Source: Felis catus
Taxonomy: Eukaryota
DNA: 64,000 bases
Direction: 5' to 3'
Assembly: GCF_018350175.1 (NCBI RefSeq)
Contig: NC_058368.1
Location: 10,788,001-10,852,000, forward strand
The notes under the pieces are model-generated. The model saw nothing but the letters and a program-made list of their open reading frames with translations, was not told where the DNA came from and made no database searches. Below, one piece after another: positions 52,118-63,806 of this stretch. Every line of letters begins with the position of its first letter. Position 1 is the stretch's first letter. The position numbers were made by a program, and so were the translations under genes.

Positions 52118-52135
52118 TGGTGGCCTGTATGGGGA
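52118..52135 (+). other. Primer-binding site complementary to tRNA-Ile(AAU)
   Basis: TGGTGGCCTGTATGGGGA vs expected TGGTGGCCCGTACGGGGA; both mismatches are CpG>TpG; begins 5 nt after the LTR end. Confidence 0.85.
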
Positions 52136-52545
52136 CTGGCCATTGCCCATTGACTTGACTCCATCTCAACCAGATCTCCTTGTCAACTAATCTCAAGTCA
52201 AATTTTCATTTTTGGGAGGGCTTTTTGAGATCTTGAGCACTGGATACAATCACCAGGTTGGCTGATTCCCCACCCCAAGGTTCAAGCCATAGTAGGGGGC
52301 TCAGTCAATAATCAACATATTCACCATAGAGGGATGCCTCTTCTAGGTCTTTCCAAAGTTTGGGATGCTCAATTCCTTCCCTCATACTGACCCTTAAGAC
52401 TGGGGGATGCCCCTTTCTCTCAGGCTCGGCAATGGTCAAGGTTTCATATTCTTTTCAGGACTCTGGGTCAAGATGTCTCCCTTCATGGTTTTTCCCTTTG
52501 TTCCCAGTCCTCAAAATCTCCCTTCTCCTTTTCCTAGATTTCCAG

Positions 52546-54120
52546 ATGGACAATACCTTGTCCACTCCTCCCAAGGACTGCCCTCTGGGATGCCTCTTTA
52601 AAAATCTCAAAAACTTCCAACTGGAACAAGATATTCAGCCCAAAGATCTTATTTTCTACTGGAATACAGCCTGGCCCCAATATAAATTAGATGGTCAGGA
52701 GGTCTGGCCAGAAACTCAAAACAGTGAGTTTGTATTGTCATCACCTGGGTAAATGGTCCAGGGTTCCTTATGTGAAAGCTTTTTTTGAACTTACTCATCA
52801 TCCTGACCTTTGTGCTGTTTGCCATATTCTCCTTCTATCTCACCAAAAGACCCCTCTCCCTCTCTCCAATTCTCACAACTCAGACTTCAACACTCCCAAC
52901 CAATCTCCATGTCTGCCTTTCCACTCACCCATAGTCAATCCTCTCTTGGCACCTCTATGCTCCTCTGCAGACTCACTGGCACACCTTTCCCCCTTCAACA
53001 CTTGCCTCCGTGTCCCAATGCTTCTCCAGCCCACACTCATTCTGGCCACTCTTATCAACTTGCTGATGGTCCCACCACCTCTTCAGGAGGTGTCTGGAAC
53101 AGACAGCATTAATCAGGTCCATGTTCCCTTCTCCATGCCAGATATTTCTCCTATAGAATCTAAGCTTGGCTCTTTCTCAACAGATCTCTCCAGATTCACT
53201 AAAGAATTTGAATATCTCACCCTTTCCTGTGATTTATCATGGAAGGACCTGTATGTTATTCTCTCCACCTATACCACCCCAAAGGGCAAAAACCGAATTT
53301 GGTCCAAGGCTACTGAACATGCTGATGATTTGAGCCACAGAAAGCCTGCACAATATGCTCCTGGCATTGCAGTGGTTCCCTTAGTTGAGCCCAACTGAAA
53401 TTACCAACCCTCCTCTGGAGACAAGGTCAAACATGACCACATGGTCACCTGCCTTATAGAAGGCATGAAACAGGCAGCTTCTAAACAGATCAATTATGAA
53501 AGGTTAAGGGAAATCACTCAGAGATCAGATCAAAACCCTGCCCTTTTCCTTACTCAGGCTTCTTCAAAAATTCACCACCTTGATCCTAACTCTCACAAAA
53601 TAAAATTGATCCTGGCTATACATTTCATCTCCCAGTAAGCCCCAGATATTAGAAAGAAACTTCAAAAAGTAGATAAAGGCCCTCAAACCCCTCAATCCGA
53701 ACTACTGACCTGGCCTTCAAGGCCTTTAGTAACAGAGAGGAGGCAATCAAAGAGGAAAGGAGACAAAGAAATAAAAAAAAACAATCTCAGGCTTATCAGC
53801 TCCTGGCTAATGGGAGCTATTGTGGAGAAGTCTTAACCTGCTGGCATGACCCAAACATTCCACAAGCCCCTTCCTGGAGCTTGTTACACCTGTGGTAAGC
53901 CTGGCCACTGGTCTAAACAATGTCCCAATAAAAAACTGCCACCCAAAACCCCTTGCCCCACCTATAAGCAAGGTTGTCCACTGAAAAAGTAACTACCCCA
54001 TCCTCAAAGTAGGTGGGGGAGACCCCGCCTCCAAAAACCTGTCTTTGGGGGCCCAAATAGGGGATATAAGCCATAACTCTGGTGGTAGATCTCTTGGGAC
54101 TTCTTTAGGACATGGGCTGA
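52546..54120 (+). pseudogene. gag: ERV gag (disrupted)
   Basis: PLGCLFKNLK..LIFYWNTAWPQYKLD..WPE; GKWSRVPYVKAFF; VHVPFS; MHR-like ITQRSDQNPALF; zinc knuckle CYTCGKPGHWSKQC at 53882-53923; frameshifts and stops. Confidence 0.93.
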
Positions 54121-54159
54121 CACATCTCAGGATCAGCAAAGGCTCCTGAACATGTCTTC

Positions 54160-54440
54160 CTCACAGCTGAGCCCAGAGTGACTCTCTTCGTTGAAGGTAA
54201 GAACATATCATTTCTTACAGACATGGGAGCAACTCCCCACTGCTCTCCCCAGATTTTTAGCGACACTCTTCTTCCTCCCCCATCTCTGTCATTGGGTCAA
54301 TGGCTTTCTTTCTCATCCTTCAGCTACCTCATTCTTGTCTTGTGCTCTGGGAGATAAATTCTTTAGCCATTCCTTTTTTGTTCTGCCATGCTGTCCTGTC
54401 CCCCTTCTAGGACAAGACATCATGATGAAAATAGCGACTC
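54160..54440 (+). pseudogene. pro: ERV protease (disrupted)
   Basis: EPRVTLFVEGKNISFLTDMGAT (DTG active site, ACG>ATG) and CPVPLLGQD. Confidence 0.88.
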
Positions 54441-55644
54441 ACCTTCAATGGCACCCCATACACCCACAATCCCAATTCTTGGGACTCCTTACTAAATACC
54501 CTGCTCTCACTTTACTCTCTCCAGTTATGACTTTGGTTCCCTCATCTCTATAGGGAACCTCTAAACCAGTTAAGGCTACTCACCTTACCTCCATCACCAT
54601 AACCTCAAGGATCCTACTTTTTTTCCTCTCAAAACCCCAATATCCTCTCAAATCTGAGGACTTGTAAGGCTTACAACCCTCATTTCCAAATTTATTTCCT
54701 CAAATATATTAAAACCTACTAACTCTCCTTACAGTACTTCAATCCTTACAGTCAAAAAGCCAGATGATTCTTACAGAATAAATGGTTCAGGATCTCAGAA
54801 TTATCAATGAGGCAGTTGATTGCATCCACCCCGTCATCCCCAATCCATATACCCTTCTCTCCACCATTACATCTTCCATTATGTACTTCACTGTCTTAGA
54901 TCTTAGAGATGCAGTTTTCAGTATTCCCATCTCCCCAGAATCCCTGGAACTTTCTGCCTTAACCTGGACTGACCCTGACACCTGACACTCCAAATAGTTA
55001 CCATGGTGGACAATTCTCCCCCAGGGTTTTAGGGATAGCCCCCACTTCTTTGGACAAACTCTGGCATCAGATTTCTCTAACCTCTCCCTCCCAAAGAGTA
55101 CTCTTATCCAATATGTGGATGACCTTCTTCTCTGCAACTCTTCTTTGACCACTTCTATTTCTGACAACATCACTCCCCTTACTTTCCTGAACAAAGGTTA
55201 AAGTTTCCTTCTCCAAAGCCCAACTTAATCAACTATCTGACACATACCTAGGATTTTTGCTTATAACAGGACACAAGGCCATTATCTCCCAATGAAAACA
55301 ACTCACTTCTAATTCATAGCCCCCATCATTCAAACAAAAACAAAAACAAAAACAAAAAAAAAAAACAAAACCCAACTTCGTGCCTTCTTAGGTCTCACAG
55401 TATGCTTTAGGATTTGGATTCCCAGCTATGGTCTTATAGCCAAACCTCTCTCTATAGTTTGGTCCTGAACATGAACTTCCAGAATCACATTCCTTTTCCT
55501 CACAGCCTTTCACACTTCAAAACAGGTCTTCCTTTAAGCCCCAGCCCTGGCCTTTATTAATCTTCAAAAGAATTTTCTCCTGTACACAACAGAGAGGGGA
55601 GGAATAGCTCTAGGACTATTGGGACAGAAATATGAACCAGACTT

Positions 55645-55841
55645 GGGACACCTGGGTGGCTCAGTTGGTTTAACATTCAACTTCAGCTCAGGTCACCATC
55701 TCAAAGTTCGTGAGTTTGAGCCCCATGTTCGACTCTCTGCTGTCAGTGCAGGGCCTGCTTTGGATCCTCTGCCTCCCTCTCTCTCTGCCTCTCCCCCACT
55801 CACACTCTCACTCTCTCTCAAAAGTAAATAAACATTAAAAA
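55645..55841 (+). mobile_element. CAN-SINE in ERV pol (first of tandem pair)
   Basis: SINE head, CT tract, A tail. Confidence 0.94.
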
Positions 55842-55856
55842 TATATATATGGGCCA

Positions 55857-55983
55857 GGGTGGCCTGGGTGGCTCAGTCAGTTAAGCATCCTACTTTTGGT
55901 TTAGGCTCAGGTCATGATCTTGTGGCTTCATGGGTTCAAGCCCCACATCAGGCTCTGTGCTGACAGTATGGAGCTTGCTTGGG

Positions 55984-56035
<52 letters not shown>

Positions 56036-56095
56036 CCTTTACCCCTCCCCCACTTGCACTGTATCTCTCTCAAAATAAATGAATAAACTTAAAAA
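55857..56095 (+). mobile_element. CAN-SINE in ERV pol (second of tandem pair) with expanded (CT)n
   Basis: SINE head, long CT tract at ~55987-56033, A tail. Confidence 0.94.
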
Positions 56096-58141
56096 TTATA
56101 TGGACAAGACTTGAAAGCAGTAGCTTTTTTCTCAAAACAATTAGACAACACAGCCAATGGATGGTCTCCATGCCTCTGAGACTTAGAAGCCATGGCCCTA
56201 TTAACTCAGGAGGTTAACAAACTCACATATGGACAACACACAGACATCTTTTCCCCTCACCAGGTTGTAGACATCCTAAACAACAATGCCTATCACTTTC
56301 TCACAAGTTGCTGAATCACACAATACCAAACACTTCTGGGGGACTCTGACGTCACCATTCAAAAATCTACTACCTTAAATCCTGCCACTTTCCTCCCCAC
56401 AACACAGCCAGGAGAACATTCATGCCCAGAGATATTAGAATACTCCCAAGCAATCCAAACAGATCTGGCAGACCTTCCCCCTTCAGACCCAGAATATTTA
56501 TGGTTTATAGATGGAAGTTTAATATCAAATAGAAAAATAAAGGCAAGATATGCAATTACCACAACCACACAAGTCATAGACAGTTCACCCCCTACTACTA
56601 GGGACATTGGCACAAAAAGGAGAGCTCATCACTCTCACCAGAGCTCGTACCTTAGGCAAAGATAAAAGCCTCAAAATTTACACTGACTCAAAGTACACTT
56701 TCCCCATCCTGCAATTACCCCCAGATACTCAGACAACGAAAGCACAACATCCATAAAAAGGGGGCCAGCATGAAAGGACCCTGGATAATATTTCAGGGAA
56801 GACTCATGCTTCCTATAGAACAAAAGGAGGTAATCCTCAATAACATTCATAACTCTTTACATATAGGACCAAGGCCCCTTTACACACTCTTAAGATGTCT
56901 CCTCTGGTGCAAAGACTTACAAACCAGGCTTACCAATATCACCAGGAATTGCCCCATATGACAGTCAGTAGACCTAAAAGGACGCCTTAGACCACTGCCC
57001 TCCATCCTGATCCACCAATTTCGTTGACACTTACTCAGACAAGATTGGCAGCTAGGCTTCACTTACATGCCCAAGCACAAGGAATACAAATACCTACTAA
57101 AACTCACTCTTTCTCAAGCTGGCTTGAAGCCTTCCCCACCATTACAGAAAAATCCTCAGAAGTAACTTGGGTCCTTCTTTAGGAGATCATTCCCATTTTG
57201 GGTTCCCCACCTCCTTACAAAGTGATAGGTATCTTAGTCCCTAGGAATTGTTTACAAACTCCACTCAGCTTATCACTCTCAACACTCTGGAAAAACTAGA
57301 CAAAGTTCATTCAACTCTTAAACAACAACTCACTAAGTTATCCATAGAGCTTAAAATGGGCTGGCCACTCCTCCTTCCTTATGCACTTCTAAAGATATGA
57401 GCTACTCCTAAAGTGCCCCTCTTTCTGAGCCCTTTCAAGCTCATGTATGGCATGAGCTACACCCTGCTACACCCCGACTTAAAAACAGAGCCCCCTCCCT
57501 TGGAAGACTATCTCCCCACAGTAGAAATCACTTGAAAAATACTCAGGGAATATGCAGATCAACACCTCCCAAATCCCTCACCAACCTTCAAACCAAGCAA
57601 ACATTAGAACCAAGCAACTGGTCCTTTTAAAGGAACTCCCAGGTCAAATAAAACCACTTCAACCACAATGGAAGATAACCCTTTCAAATAATCTTTCAAA
57701 TAATGGGTTATCCCCATTGCAGTCAAACTCCTCAGATTCCTTCCTGGATTTACCTCTCAAGACTCAAGCTAACAACCCCACCACCAAAAGAAGACTGCCC
57801 ACCTGCTGAGCCCCTACAATACACCTCTCAGCCTACCAGTGACCTCAAACTGCTCTTCAAAAAGGTAAAAGCCCCTCCATGCCCACACAGACAAGAAACC
57901 TCTTTGACTCCATCCTAGTTGACCTCCAACATTATCCACCTGATCCCTGTAAGGACTTCACCTCTGGAAAGGTATAATCCTTTATTCATACTCTGGCCTG
58001 GAACAAGCTCCTACAGGGAGATTTCATGGAATATTCCTTTAATGAAATCTGTCAATACCTTCGATAAGTCCTAATAACCCCGATTCACCTTCTGCTCTGG
58101 GAAGTCCTCATTCTTGGGATATTGATTATGATCCTTGATCC

Positions 58142-59935
58142 ATGAATGAGAAATTGTCTACTCCCACCAGGATGGAATCACTTTCTCTGCAGATCACTTT
58201 TTCTGGGGCTCCCCCCATACTCTCTATGGCTACTATGAGGGTCCCAAACACTCCGGGGGCACTCACCCTCAACTCCACTCTCCACTCTTCTCAAGCACTT
58301 CACCATCCTTATTTCCAGTCCACCAAGGCAGCCATCTAAACTCTTAACAACAAAAATACAACAGACAAAAACCGTTTGATATGTGCCCCCACCTCCTCAA
58401 CCAAGGGACTGATTCCCATCACCAGCAACTTAACTGACTGGTACCTGCTCAATACTACCTTCCACGTCCAACACATTTCAAAGGATGAACACCTTGACTT
58501 CCATATTAATGCCCAAATTATCACTCAATTCGATAAATTCCTTCTTATATCCAGACCAATTCTATCAGGGATAAAGCCAACACAAACATCACCTATCTGT
58601 GTTAATGCTTCACAGTCTGACCTACAGATGGTCTTCCAAAATGTCTTTAATGATTCCCTAATCTTTCCACTAACCCCTCCACACGACAAGCAAGGACTCC
58701 CTCAAACAGATAGGTGGGGCACTGATTTTTACCTTCACAAACCCAACAACATAACCATACCCACAAGACCCAACACCAAAGCTACCTGGACACTCTCTTC
58801 CACTAGTGATACAACAGACTGCCCAGGCCTGAATAATTCTTGCCCCTACAACAACTCCAACTTCTTCTTCCAACCCAAAAATACACAAAACTGTCAATCC
58901 TATAAAATCCCTGATGGCAATGACTAGAGATGGGACCACACCTAGGGGCATATTAATTTTCCTACCAAATCATATTCAACATCCATAAAGCTGGTCTACA
59001 TCACTCCACTGACAGTGACCATGGTAGGGGAGATTTATCCCATATATGCCCCCCAAAATAAAAGAGTTGGACAACTCACCATATAGCCCTGCATGGAGCC
59101 TGAACCTCGCACCTGTTTTCTCTGCAGCACCTGGGCCTTTCTCTGGAAGGGATACTGCACCCCCATATAGCTAATTCCTGGCCTACACTTTCCCAACTCA
59201 CCAGTCCTCAGACCCTGGCACAGACTGTAACAGACACTCAAGTGAAAACCCAGTTCCTTCTATCCTGTCCTTGAAGAGCTGAGCTGGTGTCTATCCTCTT
59301 CCTCCTTGCGATCTTTACGGGAGCTGAGATGGGCACAGGAGGAATAGCTCATTCTATCCATACATGGGAACTCTCTCTTTCCTTGACTCAGCAAGTAAGC
59401 CACTTGGCTTCCACACTCCAAGCTGTGCAGAGACAGACTGATTCATTCCCTGGCAGGAGTGGTTCTTCAAAAATCCTCAGGCTTTAGACCTATTGACTGC
59501 TAATCAGGGGCTGGTGGGGAGGACGGGGAGGGGCCTTACCACAGGAAGAATGTTGCTTCTATGTAAATGAGTCAGGTCAGGTTTTAGCCTTGATAAAATT
59601 ATCAACTCAGCTAAAGACAATCAAGAACAATATAAAAACTTGGGGGCTGACTGGTTCTCCTAGAAACTAGATATCTGGTTTGGCTCACTCCTTTCCTGGG
59701 AACTTTCTTAGTTATTGGAATAGTCCCTATTTTGGGGCCATGTATTTTAAAATATCTAATCTCCTTCATCCAGGACTGAATATCAACCCTTGGTAGCTCT
59801 CTAAGGTCTCAACAAGCTCACACTTAAGCCCTTGCTTTCAGAACAATCCACCACTAGTATCTCCCTCACTCTTGTCTCTCAGTCAGCTGGGTAAGGAGGG
59901 CTCTTCGCCCCACCTCAGCAGGAAGCAGTTACATA
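58142..59935 (+). pseudogene. env: ERV env (disrupted)
   Basis: SU frame 58142-58927 with one internal stop; degenerate CxxC (NRLIC); FLCSTW..WKGYCT; fusion peptide; ISD LAGVVLQ-N.QALDLLTANQG at ~59450-59512 (frameshifted); EECCFYVNESG; TM WLTPFLG..LGPCIL. Confidence 0.92.
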
Positions 59936-60039
59936 AGAATGACCTTCTCCCATATTCCCCAATCAACGATAATTTCAAATAAAGAGAGGAGAGAGAAACC
60001 AATATTGTGCTGTAGGCTAACTACTGAAATCTAAATTTT

Positions 60040-60063
60040 AAAAAAGAGAGAAAGAGGAGGGAA
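60040..60063 (+). other. Polypurine tract
   Basis: aaaaagagagaaagaggagggaa directly before the 3' LTR. Confidence 0.88.
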
Positions 60064-60799
60064 TGAAAGGGTTGTATTCAAAGCCCCCTCACCAGCCAAG
60101 CTTACAGACAAAACTCACAGGTGTCTGTGCTTGGCCCTAACTCTTTGATTTTCTAAGTCATGGTGTCCCTCATTCTCAGAAAATAGTCCACAACTCAAAA
60201 CATACTCTTCTCTAGCCTGACCACAACCCACATCCCAAATGAGCCCTGGACAGAGCCCCTCAAGAAACCTGCCACCTTCTGTTCTATTTGGCCAAGAGTC
60301 AGCCCCTCCCCACACCTCCAATGAGAAGTACAGCTACAGCCCTCTCACATCCTCACTAAAAACAAAAAAACAAAAACAACAACAACAAAAAAAAAACCCA
60401 GAACAAAACAAGCCTTAAAAGGGCCAGCCCAACAGAAGCTCAGGGCCAAAATCTTTTTTTTTTTTTAATTTTTTTATAATGTTTGTTTAGTTTTGAGAGA
60501 GAGATAGAAAGAGAGAGAGCATGAGTAGAAGAGGGGCACAGAGAAAGGGGGACACAGAATCCAAAGCAGGCTCCAGGCTCTGAGCTGTCAGCACAGAGCC
60601 AGACGTGGGGCTCGAACTCACAAACCGTGAGATCACAACCTGAGCTGAAATACGACACCTAATCAAATGAGCCACCTCCACGCCCCCCAAAATCTCTCTT
60701 AATGTCTGGCCCCTCTCCTTTGGACAGTGAATAAACTCTGTCCTGCTTGTTGCTCTACTCTCCAATTCTTTGCTGCCTGTGTCACTGGCCACCCTAACC
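60064..60799 (+). mobile_element. ERV 3' LTR (interrupted by a SINE)
   Basis: Homologous to the 5' LTR; AATAAA at 60730. Confidence 0.93.
60455..60686 (-). mobile_element. CAN-SINE inserted in the 3' LTR
   Basis: TSD ccaaaatct at 60446-60454 and 60687-60695; empty site present in the 5' LTR. Confidence 0.96.
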
Positions 60800-61943
60800 T
60801 TTAATCCTCTGCTCTAGTTTAGAAGAATAGTTGAAAACATGTTCTATTAACGTAAGTCATGTGGGAAAGATACAGCTAAGTGAATAGAAACTATGCATTT
60901 AATTTAAATATATCTGGGAGTTTTTCTTGTAGATCAAATTACATACATGTGGTCTGTTTTTTCTTTTTTCATTGAACACTTAATATTTGACAAAGTTCTT
61001 CTATTCACTTTCCTACTTAGCTAGAACTCATCAGGTTCAGATTCTTCATTTAACTATGGTTCATGTACTTGTGTCATCCTCTAACAAGTAAAGGGCACAT
61101 TATTGTTGTGGTACTTTGTATACAGTATTTGTGTTTATCTAAATCGGTTGATTAAATAAAGGAGCAGTTGCCAAGGATCTCAATGATGTTGAGTTGCATC
61201 ATTGGGACCTGAGAATCTTAAGAATTGATTCAGTTTTGAAAATCAGGGTGAACTAAGTTCAGAGACTGCTGTTCAGATCAATGGTTCCCTGGTTTGGGCT
61301 TCAGAGCTACATAATTAAAACAAATATAGGGGGAGAGACTTCTAGGATAAACATGGCTGGATCAGTATCTTTTCTCCTCCTGGAAGTCACATGAAGACCC
61401 ACAAGGAGAAAGGGAGGGAAGCACAAACTTTGTTTTGAGGAAAACTAGGATACAGTTATTATCCATACCTCAAAATATATGGAGGGATGCCAAAATGAGC
61501 TCAGACTAGGCAAAACCACTAGAAGTTCAGAGAAAACCATAAAGATGGCTAGATGTCTCAGTTCCAAGAAAAATATACTTCCTTAAGATAAGAAGTCTCA
61601 CTGTAATGTGCAAACCAGTATAGATTGTTTTTATCAGTGGGAGTAAGAACTGGGGTTAGCAGGAATGCTTGAACAAGTCTCTCTGGACACAGTTTGGCTC
61701 AGAGAAGGGAAGAATGAAAGACCAAAAAATAACATGGAGGAACCGTTTTAGCATAAAGCAATTTGTGTGGTAGAGAAGGAGAAAGCATTTAGGATGTGAA
61801 GCCTCGAAGCCTTGTGTCTGAGAAAAATATATTTGGGTGAGTTACAAGAAAAAGTCACTGGAAAAGCATTGAATCAAAGTGTATATAAAATAAAAAATAT
61901 GGGGAAAAAGAGAATATAAGACAAACAAAAATACACACTAAAA

Positions 61944-62134
61944 GGGGCTCCTAAGTGGCTCAGTCAGTTAAGCGTCTGATTCTCGGTTTTGGCTCAGGTC
62001 ATGATCTTGTGGTTCATGGGATCAAGCCCTACATTGAGGCTCTGCACTGACAGCTTGGGATTCTCTCTCTCCCTCTCTCTCTGTTCCTCCCCACCCTCAC
62101 ACTCTCTCTCTCAAAATAAATAAACTTAAAAAAA
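61944..62134 (+). mobile_element. CAN-SINE
   Basis: SINE head, CT tract, A tail, degenerate TSD. Confidence 0.92.
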
Positions 62135-62619
62135 TATATTCATTAAAAAATGTGGACACTCAGCAAATAAAAATCTCACTCAAATATTTCGCTATTTAAA
62201 AGAACGTACAGAAGTAGTGTGTCAGTGAAGAAAAACCACAATGAAGAAATATAGAAATTAAAAGAAAGGAGACTAAGACAACAGGGCATAAAATTAAAGT
62301 ACCAGAACTCAAAAAATAAATAGGAAAAAAATGAAAAGTGTCACAGAAATAAAAATGGAATTAGAATTACTAGAAGAGAGAAGTGATATTGAAAAAGGCA
62401 CTAGTGACACAAAGAATATGTGAAAAGTCAACAATGTAATATGGAAATAAATAAGAAAGATTATACATACAGACACCATAATAGGGAAAGAAGACAGACA
62501 AAGGTGATCCAATTTACTCATAATTAGAGTGCCTAAGGAAGAACTAAACAAATATTTAAAGGTATATATCAAGAAAAATAAATCGTGAAATAAAAGGAAA
62601 CTTGAAATATGTATTATGG

Positions 62620-62664
62620 TTATATTTCAATATATATAATATATATATAATTCAATATATATAA

Positions 62665-62707
<43 letters not shown>
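62620..62707. repeat. (AT)n microsatellite
   Basis: Directly visible. Confidence 0.95.
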
Positions 62708-62710
<3 letters not shown>

Positions 62711-63685
62711 GGTACACTGTGTGTTGGAAAAATTGCCTTTCAACATTCTACATTGAGACACAAAATAAAGCAAACAGACCTTACAGAGTAAAAGTCTCTA
62801 AACTCTAAAAAAAGAAAATATAATATTAAATACACTGGCAACTAAGATAAAATCATACTCTAATAGCAACAAATAAAAAGAAGCACAATTGTACGCAAGA
62901 TACGGGTCTGCAAGGTTGGAAATAAAACAGATGAATAAAGGAGAACCGGACAAATATAAGTGCAAGGTCAATCAAAAAACCAGGTTTACAACCTCAGGAG
63001 CAAACAAGGTAAAATTCACGTTTAAAAGAAAGAATTAAACATGACAAAGAAGAGAACTCTGTAATGCTAATGAAGACACATAATTACAAATACACACATA
63101 TCAAATAATAAAGGTATGATATTCATAATCAGAAAATCGAGAAGAGTGAGACCAGCAACCCAACAGAAAAATGGGCAAGTATACAAAGCATGGTTACAGA
63201 AAAAACTACAAACGACTCTTCAGCATATGAGAATATGTATACCCTCGTTCATAATAATATCAATGCAACTTAAAACTGTACAGGTAAACCACTTTTTTTT
63301 TCCTAGTAGGTTGGTTATAATCCATAAGACTCTGGATTGTGGCGCTGTTTGTGAGGCTGTGGGAAAATAGGTACTTTCATACATTGCTGGTGAAAGTGGA
63401 AATAGGTATAACCCTCCCAATTCATTGCCCTGTGGAGGGCAAAGTGACAGCATCATTAAAACTACCTTGTATTCATCCTCAGAGCTACAAATTCAGCTTC
63501 AGGGAAACTGCCCTGTAGATATACTTGCATGGGTGTGAAATGATAAATATGTCCAGTTATTCACTGTGGCATTGTTTATAGTAGCAGAAGATTGGAAATG
63601 GTCTTATATCCATTAACAGAAGACTGGTTAAATAAATAATAGCTTATTCCTCCTTTGAATTCTATGCTACTATTAAGAAAGAATG

Positions 63686-63797
63686 CTGCTTCCAAGTCTG
63701 TGTCTCCCTCTCTCTCTCTCTCTGCCCCTCCCCCACTCACGGTCTGTATTTCTCTCTCTGTCCTTCTCAAAATAAACAAATACTAAAAAATTAAAAA
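63686..63797 (+). mobile_element. 5'-truncated CAN-SINE
   Basis: Only the 3' half ('tctgtgtctccctctctc...gcccctcccc') plus tail. Confidence 0.85.
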
Positions 63798-63806
63798 GAA
63801 AAAGGG

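Larger units (their letters stand above)
54550..57870 (+). pseudogene. pol: ERV pol RT-RNaseH-integrase (disrupted, two SINEs inserted)
   Basis: VQDLRIINEAV, FTVLDLRDA, LPQGFRDSPHFFG, QYVDDLLLC (YVDD at 55112-55123), SKQLD..GWSPCL, WFIDGS, IYTDSKY, integrase H-x3-H and DWQL.FT.MP. Confidence 0.95.
51619..60799 (+). mobile_element. Near full-length class I (gamma-like, HERV-H/F-clade-like) endogenous retrovirus, defective
   Basis: Paired LTRs, PBS, gag-pro-pol-env motifs in order, PPT. Confidence 0.96.
61330..63680 (+). mobile_element. Old L1 (L1MC/ME-like) fragments: 5' UTR/ORF1 and 3' region
   Basis: 'agacttct....aacatggc' 5' start, A-rich ORF1-like stretch, 'aaaaatgggcaa', 'catacattgctggtgaaagtg'. 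Confidence 0.6.

Noticed and set aside
58142..59935. Intact syncytin-like env gene
   Set aside because: In-frame stops, frameshifts around the ISD, a lost first Cys of CX6CC and no intact furin site.
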